From NCBI GenBank assembly GCA_050012255.1, contig JBEKHN010000030.1, positions 1 to 12,702 on the forward strand: a DNA stretch of 12,702 nucleotides. The letters run 5' to 3'. The notes below the pieces were generated by a model. The model saw only the letters and a program-made list of their open reading frames with translations. It was not told the origin of the DNA and ran no database searches. Position numbers and translations under genes: made by a program. How positions within the stretch are numbered: the stretch's first letter is position 1; every line of letters starts with the position of its first letter. Of the stretch, positions 7,368 through 12,702 are shown piece after piece. Source of the stretch: Candidatus Bathyarchaeia archaeon (lineage in GTDB: Archaea > Thermoproteota > Bathyarchaeia > Bathyarchaeales > Bathycorpusculaceae).

Positions 7368-7568
7368 ATGAAACGGAAAATGATGATGGACCCCTACCAC
7401 AAAAGGCACAGAAAGAACGTCCAAGATTTCAGAAGCAGGCATAAAGGTAAAGCGTACGTCAAGCTCGACGGACAATACCAGTGGATCGACAGAAGAAAAG
7501 TGAAGATACGCATAATTCAAACTGCTGAGCGAATAAAGAAATCCGAGCGCTTCGGGCTCGCGAAATGA
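7368..7568 (+). CDS. Small basic hypothetical protein (66 aa)
   Basis: GAGGG RBS, follows the previous stop by 4 nt, K/R-rich. Confidence 0.7.
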   Translation: MKRKMMMDPYHKRHRKNVQDFRSRHKGKAYVKLDGQYQWIDRRKVKIRIIQTAERIKKSERFGLAK

Positions 7569-7610
7569 TCATAGAAATGGAGGAAGTAGAGAAGGAACTC
7601 AGCCCGATGA

Positions 7611-7856
7611 CTAAATCCCGTTCGGCTTCGCGGTCTCTTTTTTCTTTGTGAAATATCGCTGGAGCAATGCCCGGTATTTTTCAGGATTTAGGCCACGCCA
7701 GAGATAACTCCGGACTAATCGCGGGCTTATGTCCAATTTCTGTGCAATTTCCTCAACACTGGCACCTTTTGTGTGCATTTGACAGACACGCAATATTTTG
7801 CCTTTTTTCTTACGTTTGGTCTTAGGTTCTTCAATCTTGGCGGGGCACACTTTCAC
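7611..7856 (-). CDS. Helix-turn-helix DNA-binding protein (start probably GTG 7856 or 7850 rather than 7952)
   Basis: ASVEEIAQKLDISPRLVRSYLWR is an HTH. A minus-strand TTTATATA at 7917-7910 lies inside the longer ORF, favouring a later start. Confidence 0.65.
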   Translation of the reverse strand: MKVCPAKIEEPKTKRKKKGKILRVCQMHTKGASVEEIAQKLDISPRLVRSYLWRGLNPEKYRALLQRYFTKKKETAKPNGI

Positions 7857-7909
7857 TTTCCAATTATATCCCCCCCTGCTTTTTGAAGCGCCAGCCCCAT
7901 GCAAACGGC

Positions 7910-7983
7910 TATATAAAGCATTAGCCTCGCGGCCAATAATGGTGAGTTGCAACCGCGATTCATCAAAGCATTTAATTTATAAG
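7910..7983. promoter_or_regulatory. Divergent TATA boxes for the HTH gene (-) and the three-gene operon (+)
   Basis: TTTATATA on - strand at 7917-7910; TTTATAAG on + strand at 7976-7983, about 24 bp before ATG 8007 (leaderless spacing). Confidence 0.55.
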
Positions 7984-8006
7984 CGCAATTGCAGAATGTG
8001 ACAGTG

Positions 8007-8579
8007 ATGAAGATGGCTAAGAATACAGAAGATGACTTGATAAAGGCAGCGATTCAACGAGCTATAGATATCACCAAAGACATCGAGGAACCATATCGTT
8101 TAAAGGCTTTTGAAATTGTGTTTTCGAAGCTCTTGGCCCCCATCGCTGAACACAAAACAGAGACGCTTGGGACGACCAGAAGCAAAGGCGGAACTGCAAA
8201 TTTGGGAGCTAGAATCGAAGAGTTTGCAACCAAATGCGCTCTATCCGTGGAACAACTAAAGAACATCTTTGACTTTAAGGAGGATGGACCACTTTTTACT
8301 GTTCCTCTTCAGGGAAGTCATGCTGAAAAGCAGGTTCTGGTTTCCAGATACTTGTTGACTGCATATCATGAAGCATACGGAAAAGAATGGGCAAGCCTGA
8401 ATCAAATCCTAGCAGAACATGGTGTAGGTTCACTTGAGAACTTGGCCTTTAATCTCAAGAAACACTCAGAAATCTTTAGACAGAGAGGAAGAAAGAAGGC
8501 AAGTGAATACAAACTGGCCGATGCGGCAGAGCGCGAGACTTTTCACATGATTCATGAGCTTGGTACTGGCGGGACCTAA
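8007..8579 (+). CDS. Hypothetical protein with probable C-terminal winged helix (start ATG 8007 or 8013)
   Basis: Helical N-terminus (EPYRLKAFEIVFSKLL); C-terminal SLNQILAEHGV...NLAFNLKK...FRQRGRKKASEYKL is wHTH-like. Confidence 0.7.
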   Translation: MKMAKNTEDDLIKAAIQRAIDITKDIEEPYRLKAFEIVFSKLLAPIAEHKTETLGTTRSKGGTANLGARIEEFATKCALSVEQLKNIFDFKEDGPLFTVPLQGSHAEKQVLVSRYLLTAYHEAYGKEWASLNQILAEHGVGSLENLAFNLKKHSEIFRQRGRKKASEYKLADAAERETFHMIHELGTGGT

Positions 8580-8603
8580 TACTCGCTAACGTAGTAAGGT
8601 GTC

Positions 8604-9020
8604 ATGATGTCAGAAGAAAAATCTCGGTTCAGAATCAAGAAAGGAGAAACAGAGATAGAATATGAAGGCCAATCGAAGGAAGTCAATGAGCGATACAGAG
8701 AGGCTTTTGAATGGTTGAAGTCTTTGCGTCCTGAGGATACTGAGGAAAAGCAGTCAGAGGAGAAGGGAACAGGCCTAGAGGAAAAGCGTGGCGGAGCGAG
8801 AAAAGAACTGTTTTCGCCCAAAATCGATGAATTAATCAAAGGGAATTATTTCAAACTACCAGACAAGAGAAAAGTCTCTGATGTGATGAAAACCCTGATG
8901 GAAAAGGGACTGCCGACGAGCGGTAAAGATGAGGCAGTATTGAATTCCTTGAAACGAAGGCTTGGCAAGACTCTGAAAGGAACAAAAGAAGGAAAAGAAT
9001 GGGTGTTTTGGACTGAATAA
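8604..9020 (+). CDS. Hypothetical protein: N-terminal FRIKKGETEIEYEG module, linker and winged helix (138 aa)
   Basis: AAGGTG RBS; C-terminal IDELIKGNYFKL..KVSDVMKTLMEKG..VLNSLKR..KEGKEWVFW is wHTH-like. Confidence 0.75.
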   Translation: MMSEEKSRFRIKKGETEIEYEGQSKEVNERYREAFEWLKSLRPEDTEEKQSEEKGTGLEEKRGGARKELFSPKIDELIKGNYFKLPDKRKVSDVMKTLMEKGLPTSGKDEAVLNSLKRRLGKTLKGTKEGKEWVFWTE

Positions 9021-9022
9021 GA

Positions 9023-10000
9023 ATGTCTATTGAGCTTCCCAACCTTATTGGAAAGGAAAAGCAGCATTACGATTCACTCGAAGAACTTTATGCGTATTCT
9101 TGCGGAAGAAAGAAAGACGAGGCGCAGCTTTGCAGCCAAATAAATGAAACCATTGATGATTGGGACAAAATGATGGGAGGCCGAAGTAATCTCAAGACCT
9201 CGGTTGCTCCTTATTCTCAAGCATTGCTCAAGAGTGACCACCGTAAAGCTCGAGAACTCTACTTCTTCCTAAGCCCAGTCTTTTTCTACATTCACGTACT
9301 CCTTGAAATGGAAAGAAAGGCTTGGAGAAATGCTATGACTTCGAGCGGCATATTTTGTGAAAGAATCGTCAGAAACTTGCTACAAGAGGTTGACAGAATA
9401 AACTCGTCAAAGATCTGGGAAGAATTGTCAAAGGACCCGAAGTTTGATAACCGCAATGGTAGACTTCGAAAGGAATTAGAAGGCAAAAAGATCGACCAAA
9501 CTGACACCTTATGCAGCTTGTTGAAGAGCATTTATTTCACTAGAACTCACACAGGACCGCATGATGTTCCACCTCCAGAGCCCATTCAAGCGGATTTATC
9601 TGCAAGATTATGCCTGCCAGCTTACGTAAAGTATCTTGAAACTCTCATAGAGCTCGGCAATGACCTAACCAGTGATTTCAACAGTTATGTCTCCTTCTTC
9701 TACAGTCTAACTAGGACAAACGTGGCTTTGATATTTGGAAAGGAGGAAGTTCGGAAACCACCCAAAGAGGTTATTTTCGAAATCTACATGCAAGGGTTCT
9801 TCAAACTAGGAAAGACGTTTGGTGAGACGAAGAAAAAATTCCGAGAAGCAGGCTACGACCCTGGTGATGCTCGACTTGCTAATGAACTGGAAAAGCTATC
9901 CAAAGGTAATAAGGCGTTTCTAACGCGACGAGGAAGACGGGGATTTTACGTCTATCATGAACGCTATCCACCTGACGACTCTTTCAAGATGGCAATATGA
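9023..10000 (+). CDS. Putative HEPN-domain protein with C-terminal winged helix (325 aa)
   Basis: AMTSSGIFCERIV (HEPN N-terminal E helix) and R174-x5-H180 (RTHTGPH). C-terminal QGFFKLGKTFGE...LTRRGRRGFYVY is wHTH-like. Confidence 0.55.
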   Translation: MSIELPNLIGKEKQHYDSLEELYAYSCGRKKDEAQLCSQINETIDDWDKMMGGRSNLKTSVAPYSQALLKSDHRKARELYFFLSPVFFYIHVLLEMERKAWRNAMTSSGIFCERIVRNLLQEVDRINSSKIWEELSKDPKFDNRNGRLRKELEGKKIDQTDTLCSLLKSIYFTRTHTGPHDVPPPEPIQADLSARLCLPAYVKYLETLIELGNDLTSDFNSYVSFFYSLTRTNVALIFGKEEVRKPPKEVIFEIYMQGFFKLGKTFGETKKKFREAGYDPGDARLANELEKLSKGNKAFLTRRGRRGFYVYHERYPPDDSFKMAI

Positions 10001-10118
10001 ACTGAGCACTCGTCCTGCTCTTTGGGAAGCACACAAAGCAACTAGAATGGGTGACAATATCTCTTAGTAGCAACGTTTTTTAATGGCCTTGCCTGGGCCA
10101 GCCCGCGAGGTAGTTTGA

Positions 10119-11135
10119 ATGAAGACAAGAACGGCGAAGTTATTTTTGACCGACTATGGTTCTTTCCTGGGCCGGGCCGACGGATGCCTAACGGTAAGGC
10201 ATAGAGACAAAAAGATAGAGAAATATCCTCTGTTTGAAAACGAGATCTCAGAGATTCAACTTAATATGGGCAACTCCGCATCTGTTACTGCTCTGACTAC
10301 GGCTGCAATGTGGGGCATTGATTGTGTTTTCCTTACTTCGCGCGGAAATCCTGTTGCTTATATGAAAAGCCTATCCGATGATTCGCATGTTAAGACCCGG
10401 ATCTCGCAATATGAGGCCATAAAGAACGGCAAAGGATTTTCAATCGCCAAAGAAATTGTGTTGGCTAAGATCGCAGGACAAAACCAGGTCTTGAGAAAAT
10501 ACGGCCTGAGACAGCACGATATGATCCAAATCAAAAAGAAGGTAGCTGAGGCCAAATCAAAGAACGCACTGCTGACAATTGAAGGCCACTGTGCCGAGAG
10601 CTATTTCAACCAGATCTTCAAGTTGATGCCCAAACCTATGAAGATCGAGCGGAGAAGGACTTTCAAGGCTTACGACGGCACGAATAACGTATTCAATCTC
10701 GGCTATGAAATTCTCCGTTGGAAGGTATATCGCGCAATTATCAGATCGAAACTTGAGCCGTTTTTGGGATTCCTCCACAGCGAGCAGTTCTCAAAGCCGT
10801 CTTTGGTGTGCGACGTAATGGAGATCTATAGATTTTTGATTGACGACTTTCTGATAGACTATTGCAAGAAACTCCGGAAGAAGGATTTCGTACGCCAAAA
10901 CCAGGAATACTCATCAAACAAGAAGGGGCAGCGAGAGTTTCTCAGGAAGGAGGCTGCCAAGGACATGATAAGCAAGCTGAACTCCTTCTTTGAGTCAATG
11001 GTCGAAATACCGCGAATCAAGCACGGAAACAGGCAGACAATAGAAACTCTGATCAACGAAGAGGCATTGCTACTGGCCAGATATTTGCGGAGCGAAACTA
11101 ATTCATGGGTTCCAAGATGTGCCCGATTAGTGTGA
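10119..11135 (+). CDS. cas1: Cas1 endonuclease/integrase, stand-alone (possibly casposase-like), 338 aa
   Basis: Beta-rich N-domain (LFLTDYGSFLG, IDCVFLTSRG); RISQY; catalytic E155 (TIEG), H220 (LGFLH) and E235 (SLVCDVMEIYR); NNVFNLGY. GAGGT RBS at 10107-10111 and T-rich TATA-like sequence at 10076-10084. Confidence 0.95.
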   Translation: MKTRTAKLFLTDYGSFLGRADGCLTVRHRDKKIEKYPLFENEISEIQLNMGNSASVTALTTAAMWGIDCVFLTSRGNPVAYMKSLSDDSHVKTRISQYEAIKNGKGFSIAKEIVLAKIAGQNQVLRKYGLRQHDMIQIKKKVAEAKSKNALLTIEGHCAESYFNQIFKLMPKPMKIERRRTFKAYDGTNNVFNLGYEILRWKVYRAIIRSKLEPFLGFLHSEQFSKPSLVCDVMEIYRFLIDDFLIDYCKKLRKKDFVRQNQEYSSNKKGQREFLRKEAAKDMISKLNSFFESMVEIPRIKHGNRQTIETLINEEALLLARYLRSETNSWVPRCARLV

Positions 11136-11295
11136 TTATTTTTGGTAAAATTAATCGCACTGTCTGGCGGATTCGATCAATGTATGTGGATATTTTTTGT
11201 AAAATTAAATACACTAACTGAACCCGTGATCCATTTATTTTCCCGGAGCGATTTTAGATTAGTGCGTTTATTTTTAGTAAAGTTCATATCACTGT
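11125..11295. repeat. Three degenerate palindromic ~33-39-bp repeats directly after cas1
   Basis: 33-bp cores: 11129-11161 AGTGTGATTATTTTTGGTAAAATTAATCGCACT, 11183-11215 TATGTGGATATTTTTTGTAAAATTAAATACACT, 11261-11293 AGTGCGTTTATTTTTAGTAAAGTTCATATCACT. R1 and R3 match at 32/39 over 11125-11163 vs 11257-11295; the R1 and R2 cores match at 25/33. Confidence 0.8.
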
Positions 11296-11313
11296 TCTCC
11301 CACGACAAACCTC

Positions 11314-11829
11314 ATGCCCCCTATAATGCCGCTCAAGACGCAGAAAGCAAACATCAGAAGAATGATCCGAAAAGTCAATCCTGAAATGGAAGACGTAGAT
11401 CTCGGGTTCCTTCAGAAGGTCCATTATCCTGAGAACATTCGGATTGCCGAGGATCAGCTCGGTATTACTCTGCGACGTCCCAAAGAAGAGAAGCCTCGAA
11501 AGGGCCCTCGAAGATCGCTTGACGTCTACTACAATCGTGATGGAACCCTATGTGCAGATGCGGTGGTCGTGGTCCAGAAACACGCGCCGTTGGACAAAAG
11601 GGCAAAAGTGCTCAAGTACTACAACCACCCGTTTACATATTCATATGGCCGGATACAACTCACTGTCCCTGAAGAGCTGATTAACACGCAAGCCAGGGTT
11701 CATCTAGAGTTCCCAAACGCTCCGGAGATCAAAACCAAGAAGAGACGGGGCAGGAACCAACTCAAACACTATCACATTGAGGAGGGTGGACACTTCGGAA
11801 AGAAGGCAAAACAATGGAGAAGATTTTGA
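11314..11829 (+). CDS. Hypothetical basic protein (171 aa); YGRIQLTVPEELI segment is reminiscent of AbrB/DUF2080-like swapped-hairpin DNA-binding domains
   Basis: Open frame of 171 codons in the same orientation as cas1; the domain guess is weak. Confidence 0.65.
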   Translation: MPPIMPLKTQKANIRRMIRKVNPEMEDVDLGFLQKVHYPENIRIAEDQLGITLRRPKEEKPRKGPRRSLDVYYNRDGTLCADAVVVVQKHAPLDKRAKVLKYYNHPFTYSYGRIQLTVPEELINTQARVHLEFPNAPEIKTKKRRGRNQLKHYHIEEGGHFGKKAKQWRRF

Positions 11830-11950
11830 TCCATTATTTTTCTCGCCGTTATATCTACTATCAATGGATCCTAAAGATAATCGGATTCAAATAACAACCG
11901 CCGCGCCGGAACAAGTCCGCAGGCTTATGGTGGGTCGGTGTGCTAATTAG

Positions 11951-11957
11951 AAAAAAA
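11951..11957 (-). terminator. Oligo-T archaeal terminator for the ArsR-like gene
   Basis: CCCCCTTTTTTT on the - strand about 30 nt after the stop at 11987. Confidence 0.5.
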
Positions 11958-11986
11958 GGGGGAAGATGAGGCGTGTTGAGCAAGCG

Positions 11987-12472
11987 CTAGGTCGCCCTGA
12001 CGACACTCAGGACTTCACCAACGAAGCCCAACATTGTTGAGCCTAAGCCTGTTGTTCTGTATCGTGTATCCTTGCCTTTTCCTGTTTTCTCTATGAACCC
12101 GCCTGCCTGCAGTAGATCCACATGGTGTTTTAGAGATGCAGGATTCAAGCGAAGTGTCAACATTATATTGGTGAATGAACGCTCTGCCAAACAATAATTC
12201 AGCATTCTTATTCGGATGGGGCTAGACATAATCGTAATATATTCACCCAGTTTCTGTAGCACTTCGCCGTCATATTCCTCTATTTCTGAGAATTCAAGAG
12301 CTTTCTTACTATCTCTTTGACTACTTCTTTCGCTGTTTGGCGCACATAGGGGTCGCTTAGGATTCGCTTCAGCGTTCTTGGCAAAACAGACTTGGGTCTC
12401 CGCTTTGAAGACTTTCGCTGTTTCATGCTTTAGACATCCAATGCTTCTTTCCATTTCCTTTTCACCTTGCAT
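11987..12472 (-). CDS. ArsR-family winged-helix transcriptional regulator
   Basis: SSPIRIRML...SFTNIM..L.LNPASLKHHVDLLQAGGFIEK...YRTTGLG is a typical archaeal ArsR/HTH_20 pattern. The N-terminal extension and start are uncertain. Confidence 0.8.
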   Translation of the reverse strand: MQGEKEMERSIGCLKHETAKVFKAETQVCFAKNAEANPKRPLCAPNSERSSQRDSKKALEFSEIEEYDGEVLQKLGEYITIMSSPIRIRMLNYCLAERSFTNIMLTLRLNPASLKHHVDLLQAGGFIEKTGKGKDTRYRTTGLGSTMLGFVGEVLSVVRAT

Positions 12473-12524
12473 TACCTTGCTTGCCTATCCTCTAAGTGTC
12501 AAAGGAAGGATTTATACTTTACTA

Positions 12525-12552
12525 TGGTTAATTCACTTTTAGGAATTAACCA
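12525..12552. promoter_or_regulatory. Palindromic operator TGGTTAATTC-N8-GAATTAACCA upstream of the ArsR-like gene
   Basis: Perfect 10-bp inverted repeat next to a TATA-like sequence (TATAAA on - strand, 12515-12510). Confidence 0.6.
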
Positions 12553-12702
12553 GAGTTAATGAACCATCTGATAAGGCGTGCGCCAGCCTGTAACTTCAAA
12601 AAACGGCAAGGCGCACAACTGCTTCGCTCTGCCTTCCTTCCGCTCGAGGCTTTTTCCCCTGTCATTCCAGATCTTCCTGACGGTATCCCAAGCCACCCCA
12701 AG

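Larger units (their letters stand above)
2923..11870. mobile_element. Putative integrated element (virus-like module, defence cargo and solo Cas1); boundaries not established
   Basis: Dense small orphan ORFs, AEP-, ParB- and Zn-ribbon-like genes, solo cas1 and no housekeeping genes. No TIR pair or att sites confirmed. Confidence 0.45.

Noticed and set aside
2723-7876. GATATAATT (2723-2731) and AATTATATCCCC (7862-7873) as a casposon TIR pair
   Set aside because: Only 9 bp are complementary, both sites are explained as promoter or RBS regions, and cas1 would fall outside the pair.
11125-11295. Canonical CRISPR array
   Set aside because: Only three copies, 67-79% identical in the core, with irregular periods (54 and 78 bp) and no leader or other cas genes. 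Reported as degenerate palindromic repeats instead.
11142-11384. 80-aa ORF after cas1 as a possible cas2
   Set aside because: It runs through the AT-rich repeats, has no Cas2 motif or RBS, and overlaps the better 11314 ORF.

Overview
This looks like an archaeal accessory region: it has TATA-box promoters, GAGGT(G) ribosome-binding sites and tightly overlapping operons. From left to right it contains: (1) an 802-aa nuclease-ATPase fusion (HsdR-N/PD-(D/E)xK nuclease, AAA+ ATPase, winged helix), probably a defence gene; (2) a ~4.7-kb virus-like module of two divergent operons of mostly small Lys/Arg-rich ORFs, including a ParB-like protein, a ~106-aa minimal primase (AEP)-like protein and a Zn-ribbon protein missed by the ORF track; (3) an HTH gene divergent from a three-gene winged-helix operon that ends in a HEPN-like protein; (4) a stand-alone cas1 with intact-looking catalytic residues and no other cas genes, whose stop codon lies inside the first of three degenerate ~33-39-bp palindromic repeats; (5) a hypothetical ORF and an ArsR-type regulator with a palindromic operator. 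The most interesting hypothesis is a Cas1 (casposase-like) mobile element carrying virus-like and defence cargo, with palindromic repeats that are either element-end binding sites or a proto-CRISPR. No family B polymerase, capsid gene or clear terminal inverted repeat pair is visible in the window. All protein calls come from reading motifs by eye, not from database searches.
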